Shown: positions 24,629 to 37,868, counted from the whole stretch's first letter. The stretch: DNA of 63,655 bases, filler included, from Octopus bimaculoides (GCF_001194135.2; 6 parts of 5 records of this genome joined end to end with filler, not necessarily neighbours in it), one strand, 5' to 3'. The notes: generated by a model not told the origin, from the sequence alone. A program made the numbers and translations.

Positions 24629-25714
24629 TCCACCCATCACTCGATCTTCTTAATTAATTTCTTCCAAAAATGTTTATTGCTTTTGTATTTAACATGAAAG
24701 GAACTATCTGTGAAGTAATTCTCAAGAACGTTGGATCCTGTGCGTTCCACCGACAAGTTTCAAAATGTTGGGTACAATAAGCTATTCGATGTGTCGAACC
24801 CTTAGCCTACAGTATGCTTATATTAACAGTGTTGTTGTTGTTGTTAATGATGATGCTCTAGTTATCACCGTCTGGTAGAATGTGACCCCACTGTTAATCC
24901 CACTGACTTTTTAATATTTAATCCCCCGTCTTCTGCATCTATGAGTAGATTAATTAATCAACCTGTTTCCATCATTAATTTAGCTCTGTTTATCTCTTTT
25001 ATAGACAAGTGTTTGTATGTTATTGGTTCTGTTACGCTGCCGCAATATCAAGGGTATAACATCGGTTTATGCGAATCTCTGGAGAATTTATAACCCCGAT
25101 TTAGAGTCGTTTGCCTTGAAATCTGTGGTTGCCGTTGGAGACAAAAGAATTCGTTAATTCAATTTAAAACAACGGGCAAGTTGAAACCTTTTTTTGATAG
25201 GTGCTATTTCGGAAGTGATAGTCTTCGCATGGAAGTTTCTGGTGCAAGATGGCGACGATTGGCGCAGGAAACAATAGTTAAGAAATAACTTTTAGGTATA
25301 GAAGAAGTAGTTGTAAAGAAAACAGGAGTACAACGGGTAATTGTACGTGAAACAGGTGTAGAAAACTTCTCATCTGTCCGAAGATTATGCTTATAATAGG
25401 ATAATAGTGTTTGGCGTAAATTAGAGAAAATGTAGCGGAGTGCAAAGCACAAGAGAAGCAAGATTCCTGGTTAGAAAGACTAAAAGTGAAGGAATAAAGA
25501 ATGAAGACAAGACAAGACTCAAGAAGGAATAAAACCGAATAAGTCAAAGACTACAGAATGTCAAAGAATGGCAGGAAAGAATATTAATTGTTAGAAAAAG
25601 ATCTACAAATATTATCGACGATGAAAATGAAGAAAATGGTATGAACAGAAGACAAAGAAATGAAAATCTATTAAAGAAAATAAAAGAAATCTTGCACGTG
25701 TATGGTGGGGGAAT

Positions 25715-25910
25715 CTGTATTTGTGTTTATGCCCTACAACCGCTTGACAACCGGTGTTGTTTCTTTTACCTCCTCTAACTTAGTGGTTCGGAAAAATAAA
25801 CCGATAGAATTGAGTAGCAGGTTTTAAATAAATAAGTCCTGTGGTCGATTTGTTCGGCGGTGCTCCAGCGTGGCCGAAGTCTAATGACTGAAACAAATAA
25901 AAGATAAAAG
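25715..25910 (+). mobile_element. SINE family B, 3' half, diverged
   Basis: CGCTTGACAACCGGTGTTG...TAACTTAGTGGTTCGG...GGTGCTCCAGCGTGGCCG...ATGACTGAAACAAATAAAAGATAAAAG. Confidence 0.75.
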
Positions 25911-26229
25911 TCACATACTCAGGACAAATAATGTTTTTGTATGGGAGAAATTCAAAAAACGACAGAACAATGATAATCGTATGTCACCAGTCATTAGTCA
26001 ATAGTCATTAGTCAATAGTCATTAGTCAGTATGGCATTAAAGAGGACAGAATCAGTGGCGTTAGACATTATAACTTCGGTTGGAGTCGAGGAGGATGTGT
26101 AAACGGAGTTTTAAGGAATAATGACAGTGAACCCTTTGTTGTGAATATGACATTAGTGTTTCCTCTTCCCTTCAAATTCAATATAATGACCCCCTAATCT
26201 CGACCCATTTGACTTTAACATTATTCTAT

Positions 26230-26560
26230 CCGTATGGAGTACCAAGATGGCAGTCAAGATTAACCATTAATCTTGAAATGATTAACAGCAAGAGATGCAC
26301 CGATATTGCTGTGTTACAATACAATCAGCCGGAAAAGAAAACCGACCCGTTTATATATGGCAGGAAAGATCTCAGCAATGGGTTATCGAGTTCTAGGTTC
26401 GAGTTGAGATCAATAATTTAAAATATGTGAGACTGCAACCAGGACATCGCAAAGTTTAACGGAATCAAAGATATACAGATCATCTAAAGAGCTCCAGTAC
26501 GATGTTCTGTTAGTTTACCAGAAACGTATTAAAGATCTATAAGGAACATGATAGCTAGTA
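26230..26560 (+). pseudogene. Possible old RTE/BovB-like LINE C-terminal fragment
   Basis: LQPGHRKV*RNQRYTDHLKSS resembles the RTE L..G.R..G.Q.KRYKD.LK.S motif. Heavily degraded. Confidence 0.25.
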
Positions 26561-26866
26561 TGTTCCCACTACGCTAACTAGCTAGATAAATAGAGAGAGA
26601 GGGGGGAGGGAGAGAGACAGACAGGACCACCATGGAGCTCTGAAGAGAAATCATCCGAAACCAGATTTGTTTCCCATTATGACATGAAACTTTTGTTCGG
26701 ATGAAATGAAGTGATAATCTTTGTTTCGTGGCAAACTCCCTCCAGACGGATAAGATATTGTGACAAGAGGCTTTCACATTAAACTGACAAATTTATTGAA
26801 CACCTTCCACGCTGCAATTGTTTATTGAACAGTTTTCTGTAAAATAATACTTTTGGCCATGTTCAG

Positions 26867-26963
26867 GTATATTGCGATTCTATGAAATCGAGAAACGAGG
26901 ATTATCTCATACTTAGTAGGAGTATCTCAGACGAAGGAGACAAGTTTAATGTGTCAGGCAGAA
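26867..26963 (+). CDS. Candidate coding exon (VYCDSMKSRNEDYLILSRSISDEGDKFNVSGR), product unknown
   Basis: Acceptor CTTTTGGCCATGTTCAG|G, donor GAA|GTAAGT, open 97 nt. No homology recognised. Confidence 0.25.
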
Positions 26964-27212
26964 GTAAGTGGGTTGGATATACTTAATCCGTCAACTGAAA
27001 TGAACTAAAGAAAAGTTTAAAAATACAGGATTGACGATGCATTCTGGGAGAATAATAAATGCAATAAAGACGTCTTGATTGCAGGAAGAAGAGTGCGAAG
27101 AAAATAGTGAGAAACATCGATTATATGGAAGGGGGAGTAAATATCTGGGAATATTGGGAATAATTGAGTTGACTAAAGTTTCTTACAGCGAGCACTTCAC
27201 TTTCAGGGATAA

Positions 27213-27250
<38 letters not shown>

Positions 27251-27271
27251 ATGTATATATACATATATACA

Positions 27272-27313
<42 letters not shown>

Positions 27314-27317
<4 letters not shown>

Positions 27318-27985
27318 GTCATTCCATAATTAATGCTGTTTTTTCATACTTCCTTTATTTTTCAAAATTATAATAAACAAAGTTCTTTTTTAATCTAAAA
27401 TATACTCTCCTGCATTTTCGACAATGCTCTTCTGTATATCTGGTAGACTTGCAAGGCCCCTCTTCCAAAATTCAGTTGTCTGTGACGAAAAATACTCCTC
27501 CAGTACTGTTCTGACCTCGTCTACAGAATTCATATTTTTTCTGTCCAAATGATTTTGAAGACTGTGGAATAAATGACAATCAGATGGGGTAATATCCGGC
27601 GAATATGGTGGGTGGGGCATCGTTTCCCATTCAAACTGCTCCAGCCTTTCGAATGTCATCCTCACTGTATGTGGCTGAGCATTATCCTGGTGGAAGAACA
27701 TCTTTTCGACTTGAAACCAAAGATGGTCATTTTTCTTCTAGCACTAATTTAAGCCACTCAAGCTGCTCGCAGTAGATCTCCTTTGTTATCGTTTGGTTTG
27801 GGGTTAAAAGTCCAAAGTGGACTAAACCTTTCATAGCCCACCAAACAGATAACAACACCTTACGTGGGTGAAGACCTTCTTTAACCTGGGGTACCGGTGT
27901 TTCTCCTTTCCCTACTCACTGTCTTCGGCGCTTGACATTTTCATAGAGAACCCATTTCTTGTCATCAATTCTGTCAACCATATCC
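27314..27985 (-). mobile_element. mariner (D,D34D) transposase pseudogene, 5'-truncated, with one TIR
   Basis: KWVLYEN...LHPRKVLLSVWW...HQDNAQPH...HPPYSPDITPSD(34 spacing)CHLFHSLQNHL. TIR-like TCAGGTCATTCCATAATTAATGC directly after TA at 27312-27313. Two stops and a frameshift. Confidence 0.92.
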
Positions 27986-29466
27986 TGGTCGGCCCAGTGC
28001 TATAGTAGAAGATGCCTGCCCAACGTGCCACGCAGTGAAACTGTCACGATTAAGTTTGATAATATTTAAATATTTAATATTGTTCTTGAAGGAATTAAAT
28101 ATTTCTAAAGGAATATAAAATAGATGACAAATTCCAGTTGTGCGGATGGTAGTTCATATGGAAAGGGTTCCGAGTAGTTTTGTTTCTCCACAAAAGAAAA
28201 TTAAGGATCTTCGTTAGACGCGTGGCTAATCACCAAATACCCACCTGATTGCCTGATTCCACTAATTAACAAAATGAGTCTTGACAAAACTTGTTTCTTT
28301 TCGTTAATTCCATATAATTATGTTTTTGATAAGATAGTTCAACGGGGAAACCAAGAATTTGTGGTTCCCGTAAAACTATTCCAAGATTATTCACTATCAG
28401 TGCTAAAGAATCTGAACAACGTTTCCGTCTCAGAATATAACTTTTGAATGTGAATGGAGGCATTAGGTTTGTTGTTTCTGCAAACAGAGGCTGAAGTTGT
28501 CTGAGTAACTTCTAAAGAAGCGGAAGAGAATAGCGACATTTAACAAAACAGGAACAATGAAAGAGTTAAATGTTTGGTTAGATCTTCCTCTTCCGAAACT
28601 GTCTTCTTTATCTTACTATGGAAATTTATCAACAGATTGAAGAGGGTAGAATAACACATAAACTGAGGTGATACTTTAGAAAGCAGAGTAAAATTACTGG
28701 AAAAAGATCGAAAACACCTTACTAATGCCCGACTGTAAAGTGTTCAACGTTAGATTTTCCCGAGAGTTGAATTGTTGTGCATTGTTTCACTGAATCACAA
28801 CAATTACTCAAACCAGAGGAAGTTGGAGCAAAAACAAAGAACATGAACGATGAAGTTATTTCATTGTATTTTTAGTGTCATAAACGATGACATGGCTAAT
28901 CACAGTTTCTTCTTAGTTGATGGATCAAGGGAGATTTGGTAATACGTCTTTCTATAATATTCCGATTGGGCTACATGAGATAAAGAGGGAAACTATTCGC
29001 CTCTCTGCAGCAGCAGGAATAGCGGCGGATATGTTACGTGCGTGAACGGCTCACGATTTTTAATTTCCTGTCTCTAACCTGGATACATTGATATCGTCCA
29101 TAAAAATTCCTTCTTCAGATTCGAATTGTATCCCCCAGGCTTCTCTCTTCATAATTTATGAAACGTTCATACTATCTTCCAGCACAATATATAAATGCGA
29201 AAACTCTAATGAAGAATCGGCAATAATTTTCTCTGCTGAGTTCTTGAAAGAACAGACTTTATCAGGTACCTCACCCACCTCCCATGAACTGAAATTCCAT
29301 GAAAATGATTCTTCAGAAAATTAGATCCAAGGCTTGAACACCTAAATGATTTCCGTCTGGTTGCCTTATCCCTGTTGAACTGTATGGTCGAACATACAGA
29401 CTCACAGCAACTAAAACCAGAAAAGAAGTGATTCAACTTTAAGCGATACAACTTTATTAGTCTTAC

Positions 29467-29667
29467 TGAAGGGGAAATAATTCATGGTTTGTCCCGTACT
29501 TGCAATGACCATAAATTAATCTCCATATCAGATTTTTAATAAAATCGGGTTTGTTCCTGCTACAATCTGTCTTCAAACATGGACAGTTGCTATGTAGCCG
29601 AAAGTATGACTGGGAATCAGAAGAACGTTTATAATAAACGACTGAGGATTGCAAGGGTCGAAGCAAA
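29467..29667 (-). CDS. Candidate coding exon (201 nt, phase 2-2), product unknown
   Basis: Acceptor TTGATTCCTTCAG, donor CA|GTAAGAC, 66 open codons (LLRPLQSSVVYYKRSS...HELFPL). No homology recognised. Confidence 0.25.
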
Positions 29668-29919
29668 CTGAAGGAATCAAGTGTTTTTATATAAAGTTGG
29701 CTGCAATCAAGAAATTATTATTGATGTTAGCACAATGTATTCAACAGTCGAATACATTTTTGACGGATTTTGTGCTCAAATACGTGTGTGTGTGTGTGTG
29801 AATAACTGTGTGTGTGAATAACTGTGTGTGTGAATAACTGTGCGTGCTTGTACGTAACTGTGTGTACCTGTACGTAATTGTGTGAGTGCGTGTGCCTGCG
29901 TGTGTGAGCGAGAGAGTAT

Positions 29920-29967
<48 letters not shown>

Positions 29968-29970
<3 letters not shown>

Positions 29971-30380
29971 AAATAAAGATTCAGATAAAATCAGATACTT
30001 GAAAAGATATGCACCACGTAGGGTTGGATAAACCTGTGGTTCCGGCCTCTAACTGACAAGTATCAAATAGGATATTATGGTTGTGTACACAGAGAAAACC
30101 AACCCTATGAGTATTTAGTAGCTAGGGGTTGATCCAAAGCACGCATTACGTTGAATTGTACGTTGTTGGTATATTCTAGTGTGTCTGGCAAGTCGTAAAT
30201 CCACTTGGTGTATTATAATTAAATGAATAACAACAGACGATGGATAATTGTCAGCTCATTACAACAACTGGAATATCCCACTTGATACTTATCAACCATA
30301 GGCCTGTACCACAGGTTTATCCCACCCTACCCGGTGCATATCTTTCCAAGTACCCGATTCTATCTGAGTCCTTACTTTAC
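29968..30380. mobile_element. MITE (413 bp) with about 105-bp imperfect TIRs, TA-flanked (Tc1/mariner-like)
   Basis: GTAAAATAAAGATTCAGATA...GATATGCACCACGTAGGGTTGGATAAACCTGTGG is inverted against CCACAGGTTTATCCCACCCTACCGGTGCATATC...TATCTGAGTCCTTACTTTAC. TA on both sides. Confidence 0.85.
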
Positions 30381-31708
30381 TATTTATTTGATACTCTCAT
30401 AGCCAATTAAAGTACGCTTACTGTACTTGAATTCTTCAACAAGATGGATAAGGTCAAAGTTAATTTCTCAATGAAGTATATCCTCATCCACAGCAAGGAG
30501 TTGTACATGTGAGCTAACAATTATCCATCGTCTGTTACTATTCATGTGTGTGTGTGTGTGTGTGTGTGTGTGATATGAAGGTGCCACTGGAAAGTGCGAC
30601 ACGCAACCAAAAGCGGAGCTCAGTTGTGAGTTCTACATTTTACTTCTAAATCCAGTGTTGTACGAACGGGTCATCAACCTCGGGATAAGCTAAAGTGCGC
30701 CAGATTTTATGTGTGTGTACGCGTCCAGCCATACACTCACAAATACACACACACACACTCGCAGGTACACCTTGTTTCTTCTTGAAAGCCTAGAGTTATC
30801 TTGTTTGTAATGACATCTTCAAGTATGTCGAGATAAGATGCTCACCTGAAAGAGACTCCCCACTTACTGTTTGACAAACTAATCTCTGTCGTCTTGGCTG
30901 GCAGTAGTCCTCTCTCCCACCTAAAAACTCGTCTCTCTCTCTCCTTCCATTCACGTATTGCCTCCACCCGTTACTCACTGACCTCCTGTGTGAGGAGAGA
31001 GGGTGATCCTGGTTATATACGCCTGAGATTTCTGTCTCTGTGTGTGCGTGCGTGTGTGTGTGTGTGTGTGTGTGTGCGTGCGTGCGTGTGTGCATATGAA
31101 TAGATTTTTATAGTAATGTTTCACATAACGCGCAAACATACACATACATACACGGACAAACACAATTATCTATCTACACAAATATGTCGGTGTGTATGTA
31201 CTATACTTCAGGTATCTGTGTGTGTGTGTGTGTGTGTACAGACTCACAAGATGCACACATGCAGATATACATACATACAGATACACGTTAATGTGTATAT
31301 ATTAATATAAATCTTGTATTCAAGCTAACTTTTGAACTTTTTATACCTGTGAGCAATTACACACACACACACACGCACACATACATACATGCACATACAT
31401 ATTTATTCATATACATGCATACACGGACATAAACACACTATATACATATACACAGTAATCAATTTATTCATCTAATCGTTTATTTCATTTATGAGAATAT
31501 TTTGTGATTAATCGTAATAAAATATACTGCGCTCGGTGTGTGTGTGTGTGAGTCCGACGGCGTGTGGTTTATGCATGCGTGTGTCTCAGTAGATTTGTTT
31601 CCACGGATGCTTGCTATATGTGTGTATGTATGCAGGAGATAGTTTAGTTGTGTATATAAAGTTTATATACGCATTCGTGAGTGTTTGTATGAGTGAGTAT
31701 ACACAGAG

Positions 31709-31709
31709 G

Positions 31710-31780
<71 letters not shown>
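31709..31780. repeat. (GATA)n microsatellite (others at 3727-3780, 5818-5890, 33617-33728, 50504-50557)
   Basis: Direct tandem arrays. Confidence 0.95.
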
Positions 31781-31781
<1 letters not shown>

Positions 31782-32046
31782 CACAGGTAGAGAGAGTGAT
31801 GTATATGTACATCTTTCTCTCTCACTCTCTCTCTTTCTCACTATGTCTAATCGATCCCCCATATATATGTATTCCACGTTTATCCAATGTAATACCTCTT
31901 TTGTGTATTTCTATGGACAACCTCTACAAGTGCTGGCAATAATTTTATTCACTCGTCAAATATTTCTTACCATCCAACACTTCCTACCAATGAACTTGAT
32001 GGGACGGACAGAATGGTAACTTATTCCACCTGGCAGCATCACACCT

Positions 32047-32086
<40 letters not shown>

Positions 32087-32353
32087 CTCGATGTGGCTTC
32101 AGCACTTCATAAACGAAAATGAAATCTTTTAATCTCTGTCGAATAAGGCCAAGGAATTAGTGGCTGACATCACGTCACCAAATATCCACATTGATCGATA
32201 TATAATTCTTTCTGTATCTGCGATTACTTATGTGGGTGGGTGAGCGCGCGTGCGTTTGTGTGTGTGTGTGTGTGTGTCTTCGCTGCCGTAACCGACTCCA
32301 TCCATATTTATTCCATCATCAAAAAGTGTCATGACTAATTTCCTATATTTTAG

Positions 32354-32442
32354 GAACGAATTATCTTCCAAAGATAAAACAATCTTTGCTTCGCTCGGGA
32401 ATATTGATATCCTCACAATTAGTGGAGACAAACCAAACGGAA
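32354..32442 (+). CDS. Candidate coding exon (NELSSKDKTIFASLGNIDILTISGDKPNG, or an alternative open frame)
   Basis: Acceptor TTTCCTATATTTTAG|G, donor GAA|GTGAGT, two of three frames open over 89 nt. Confidence 0.3.
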
Positions 32443-32734
32443 GTGAGTTCAAATTAAGTTGTAGAAAAATAAACAAATGCTTACTAATCGACTTAATTAC
32501 ATTCAGTCAATTATTTTTCTAATTAATAAATTTTTAATATCTACCGAAGTGTTTGGTGAGTTATCCAATAGTATTAGTTTTACTGTCTGGCAGTAAAAAC
32601 TATCAAATCCTGACTCAAAATCAGTTTCTAAGACATGCAAGCACGGAAATACAGGCGTTAAACAGGCGATGTGTGGCTGTATGTGTTTGTGTTGTGTGTG
32701 TATGGCTGTGTGTGCGTGTATGTATTTGCCTGTG

Positions 32735-32995
32735 TGTTCGATACCTGGGGGCGTATTGCAAGACACTTTATTTCACGTTGCCCCAGTTCACTCAGCTAAC
32801 AAAAATGAGTAGTCCCTGTATTTCAGTGGGATCAACCATGTTACATTCCATTTCATGCTGAATCTCTCTGAGAACTACGTCAAGAGTATGCCTGTCTGTG
32901 GAGTGCTCAACCAGTTGTACGTTAATTTCACAAGCAAACTGTTCTGTTGATGGGATGAACTGAAATTCTCGTCGTGCTAACTGACGGAGTGCCAT
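32735..32995 (+). mobile_element. SINE family C, body and 3' part
   Basis: GCAAGACACTTTATTTCACGTTGCCCCAGTTCACTCAGCT...GAGAACTACG...GTCTGTGGAGTGCTCA...GACGGAGTGCC matches 35350-35650. Confidence 0.8.
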
Positions 32996-32997
32996 TA

Positions 32998-33036
<39 letters not shown>

Positions 33037-33615
33037 TTGTGTGCGTATGTGTATGTATTAATTTATTTAATAAGTGACTCTTACAAGACAAGTAATTTTG
33101 CGGCATTGAGTACCTTTCTTTAATTGACAGAAAAAGATGCTTGTTTTTGTGGTTGTTGGGGAGGGGGGATAGTGTTTGTCTAATTAACTATCCGTTTGCC
33201 TGTCTATCTAGAAGACAATCTGTTTGTTTATCTGTCTATCTATCTATCTGTCTGTCGGTCTCTCTACCTGTCTATCGATCTGTCTCTCAGTCTGCCAGTT
33301 TATTTATGCAACTATCTATCAGTGAGTTTATGTGTATTTATGTTCTTTTTAACAAGGTGTCTGTCAGTCTATTTATTTATCTGGCAAGCTACCGTGACAA
33401 GTTTCTTTTTCTCTTTCTCTCCCACCCTCCTCTCTCTCTCTCTCTCTCTCTCTCGTATACACACACACACTACGTGTGTGTCTTACTACACACTCTACAG
33501 GCACATATCCAGTTACCTAAAAACAACATGCACACATATACATGTACATGTGTATAGATAGACAGTCAGACAGACAGGCAGGCAGATAAATAGACAGACA
33601 GACAGACAAACAGAC

Positions 33616-33728
<113 letters not shown>

Positions 33729-34043
33729 TGCTTGAATGTATACATATTTATATATATTATATTGTATATATATATTAATACATGACTGCAACAATTGAAG
33801 CTGAAACAATTTAAAGATGGGGGGGGGGTTCCGCATTACCACACCCACCACCATATTGTCTAATTTGTTTTTCTTTGAGACTTCACACTGTGATAGAGGG
33901 GAGATTTGGCTGCTATTTCCAGTTGATGAGACGAGGAGGTCCGGCTCAGAAACCTAATGTAAAGAATTCTTCTCATGGAAGTTTGAGCGGCTAAACTGAG
34001 CCGGTGGAGCATCGCTAGCTTGCTTGTATGTATGTGTGCTTGA

Positions 34044-34082
<39 letters not shown>

Positions 34083-34092
34083 NNNNNNNNNN

Positions 34093-34132
<40 letters not shown>

Positions 34133-35212
34133 TCTGCAGTATATATAATTATGGCTTAGCTACACTATATGGATGTGTGTGTATGTTTGTGTGTGTGTGT
34201 GTATCTACACTGTATATATTCCAACCTAGTTAAGTACAGCACGTGTGAATGCAATATACATCTAACACCAGAGTGTATATCAGCTGTCCATCAACTACCG
34301 CTAACCATTGGTGTACATCAGTGTTAAAAGCTGACACCCATCTTTTCTGGGTGCGGTATAGATCGGGGTGGGCCCTGTTGCACCCTTCTCTTCTTCTTCC
34401 TCCTCCTTCACCTCCTCCTACTCTTCTTCCTCCTCCTTTTCCTCCTCCTACTCTTCTTCCTTCTTCTCATTCTCCTCTTATACACACTCCCTTACTTTAA
34501 CATTCCACATTACATCAACATACATGACACTACGGAGATGTTCGCCGACCTGTAAGTACAAAGTTGTGTGTTTAATCTACGTACACACACATATACATAC
34601 ACACTCACACACACACTCACACATTGCGCGCACACACACACATAAATACCCACGCACGTACATCAATGCATATACAAGACTCGTTTGTCTAGGGCCATAT
34701 ATACACATATATACACATATATACCATACAATCCCACATACACTTGTTATGTATATCATATGGATCTCCATTGTTTTCGACGATGAGTGAGTATTTGATC
34801 AGCTAAACTACTTGGATTAACGTATCTGTGACTGAGTTTGCCATAGGCCGTCGAAGTACTTCTCAAGCAGAGCATGACAAAGCTGCACCATTGTATTACT
34901 GGCGAGCTTCCTCATAGTTTCCGTTTCCTCAAATTCACTTCGAATGCCTGGCTGGACCGCTGGCCTTTGATTAAGATTCCTCACAATGGAATTTATCCGA
35001 GGTCTTCGTGATAAAGAATTTCACAACCCTTCAGCCCACGCTAAAGCTATACACACCCACATACAGGTGTATATGGGGTTCAATCAACCACGAGGAGAGA
35101 AATGGGGGCTCCACATCGGTGTCCCCTTAATTGGTTCTTTTATTCTTACAAATTAAAAGTTAATGCTCTACTCAGAGTATGAAAACGAAGTCGGGTCCCA
35201 TGGCCGAATGAA

Positions 35213-35254
<42 letters not shown>

Positions 35255-35349
35255 CCGTGAATGATTTCATTGTTTTTTTTTTATGTCAGCTGATTCTACC
35301 CAAGTATTCTTATCATTAACATGCATGTATGTATTTATTTTTTGGTAGT

Positions 35350-35650
35350 GAAGGTATTCCGCTCATGATCTCAAAGTCGTGAGTTCGATTTCCGGCAATG
35401 CGTTGTGTCCTTGAGCAAGACACTTTATTTCACGTTGCTCCAGTCCACTCAGCTGGCAGAAATGAGTAGGACCTGTATTTCAAAGGGCCAACTTTGTGAC
35501 ATTCTGACACGCAGAATCTCCCTGAGAACTACATTAAGGGTTACGCGTGTCTGTGGAGTGCTCAGCCATGTGCACGTTAATTACAAGAGCAGGCTGTTCC
35601 GTTGATCGGATCAATTGGAACCTTCATCGTTTTAACTGACGGAGTGCTAG
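35350..35650 (+). mobile_element. tRNA-derived SINE family C, near full length
   Basis: B-box GAGTTCGATTTCCGG, then GTGTCCTTGAGCAAGACACTTTATTTCACG...GACGGAGTGCT. Confidence 0.85.
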
Positions 35651-36124
35651 TTACTATACATACATACACACACACACACGCGCATATATATACTCTATTA
35701 ATCTCAATAACATATACAGGCTATCAGATGTGAATGTAAATCGGAGGTCAATTTCTTACTGATCATGTTTCCGAAAATCCATGAATACTCATAGAATTTA
35801 TATAACTAACAAGGAGAATGTGGAATGACCAAAAGTTGTTTTATTGCAGGAACTTACAATCGTTTCATCAATTTTGGATCTCCAGGGTACTGCTATATCA
35901 TTATAGTCTATAGTTGTATATAAATATTATATAAATAATAATATAGTAATACTCTTGAAATCGAGAATCTGTGAAACAATTGTAAATGTATGTAATTAAA
36001 CAATTTGCTCACTCCACACTCACCTTCTTAATAATTAGGTGTGTGTGTGTGTGTGTGAGTGTGTTTTACTCGATCTGTAATAAATATCAACTGCTATTAA
36101 TTATAGCTACATGTAAAGCATTAA

Positions 36125-36285
36125 GCTGGTAGAGCCGTTAGTGCGTCGGACAAAATGTTTAATTGTATTTCTTCTCTTTACGTTCCGAGTCTACTTTGAC
36201 AGTCGTTCCTCCGAAGTCGATAAAATAAGTACCAGTTGAATGCTGGGGTCGACGTCATCGACAAGATCCCTTCTCTCAAAACTTC
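36125..36285 (+). mobile_element. SINE family A, diverged
   Basis: AGCTGGTAGAGCCGTTAG...GTCGATAAAATAAGTACCAGTTGAATGCTGGGGTCGAC. Confidence 0.6.
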
Positions 36286-36292
36286 GAAAGAT

Positions 36293-36326
<34 letters not shown>

Positions 36327-36399
36327 CATTATCATCATCATTATTATTACAATTATTAATGTATGTCTGTATATGTTTGTGTGATGTATCTCTCTTTCT

Positions 36400-36431
<32 letters not shown>

Positions 36432-36580
36432 TTCAATATATATGTATTTATGGATGGATGACTAGATAGATAGATAGATAGATAGACACTTCACCTCATA
36501 TTGGCAAATCCTTCGAATAGCTCAAATGAAAAATATTTCAATTTGGATTCTATAAAGAACTTCAGTAAATTTCAAAGACA

Positions 36581-36640
<60 letters not shown>

Positions 36641-36769
36641 GGACACATACATACGCATAGATACAAATATATAGCTGCATTTTACACATACACTTTTAAA
36701 ATCGATGTTGGGTTGCGTGAGCCATTAATTTTCTCTTTATTCAACGTTTGAGGTAAACAAACTAGAAAA

Positions 36770-36985
36770 GACGGCACTCCGTAGTCCCAGTCAAACCAAT
36801 ATGTAAAATAGATTCCACTCTACAGAACGTATTGAATCCTTTCGTTTTGTTGCTTATCAGAATCACTAAAATATTAAAGAGAGTGTATCTCCGTCGTTCA
36901 ACGACGAGGATTTCGTTTTGGATCAACTCAGTTATCTGTCCATCAGTTAACATATAAATGACTGAGTATTCCACGGACAGGTGAA
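36770..36985 (-). mobile_element. SINE family C 3' fragments (interrupted)
   Basis: GGCACTCCGT and CTGAGTATTCCACGGACA are reverse complements of family C segments. Confidence 0.5.
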
Positions 36986-37307
36986 AGCAATCGAGCTGGC
37001 AGGATCAGCATGAGATAGTGAGACCCCTTTTTCAGTTACGGGTACAATCCATCCGACAAACTTCCGTACAGTTTCTCTCCACCCAGCTGCGATATGAACT
37101 TTTTAACCATTTCACTACAAATGTCGAAAATTGCTTCATCATATTGCTAACTTCTTAATTAATTAATTAATATCTCCCCTGCTTTAATCGGGAATATAAT
37201 ATGGATTAAACTGTCTTCTCCACCCGCATAAATTATGTTATTAAGTAACTCCTCCATTTACATGACACTCTTTACCATAATATGATTTCAATATTGATCA
37301 CTGATTT

Positions 37308-37505
37308 TTAGCACGCCGAACAAAATGCTTTGCGGCATTTCGTCCGTTTTTACGTTCTGAGTTCAAATTTTGCCGAGGTCGACTTTGCCTTTCATCCTTT
37401 CGGGGTTGATGGAACAAGTACCAGTTGAATTTTAGGGTCGATGTGATCGACTTAGCCACCACCCACCGTAACTGCTGGCCTTGTGCCAAAATTTGAAACC
37501 AATAT
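37308..37505 (+). mobile_element. SINE family A
   Basis: TTAGCACGCCGAACAAAATGC...GAGTTCAAATTTTGCCGAGGTCGACTTTGCCTTTCATCC...GGCCTTGTGCCAAAATTTG. Confidence 0.8.
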
Positions 37506-37541
37506 TGATCACTGATCTGATGATCAGACACACACACACAC

Positions 37542-37574
<33 letters not shown>

Positions 37575-37705
37575 AAGCAAGAGAGTTAGGGGTTGAGTAT
37601 TCAACCCACTAAGGGATAGTATCTATCCAATACACTACCCAATTATTGTTACACTAGTGTTATACCAAGTGCAATAAGTGGGTGCGGGTATATATATATA
37701 TATAT

Positions 37706-37868
37706 ACTCGACGGGCTTCTTTCAGTTTCCCGTCTACCAAATCCACTCACAAGGCTTTGGTCGGCCCGATGCTATAGTAGAAGACACTTGCCCAAGGTGC
37801 CACGCAGTGGGACTGAACCCGGAACCACGTGGCTGGTAAGCAAACTACTTACCACACAGCCACTTCTG
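37706..37868 (-). mobile_element. SINE family B, 5' half
   Basis: Reverse complement of GGCTGTGTGGTAAGTAG...GGTTCAGTCCCACTGCGTGGCACCTTGGGCAAG...GAAGCCCGTCG. Confidence 0.85.

Noticed and set aside
26630-26680. CTGAAGA…CGAAAC…GTT hammerhead-like string
   Set aside because: Stems I and II do not pair convincingly, so it is compatible with chance.
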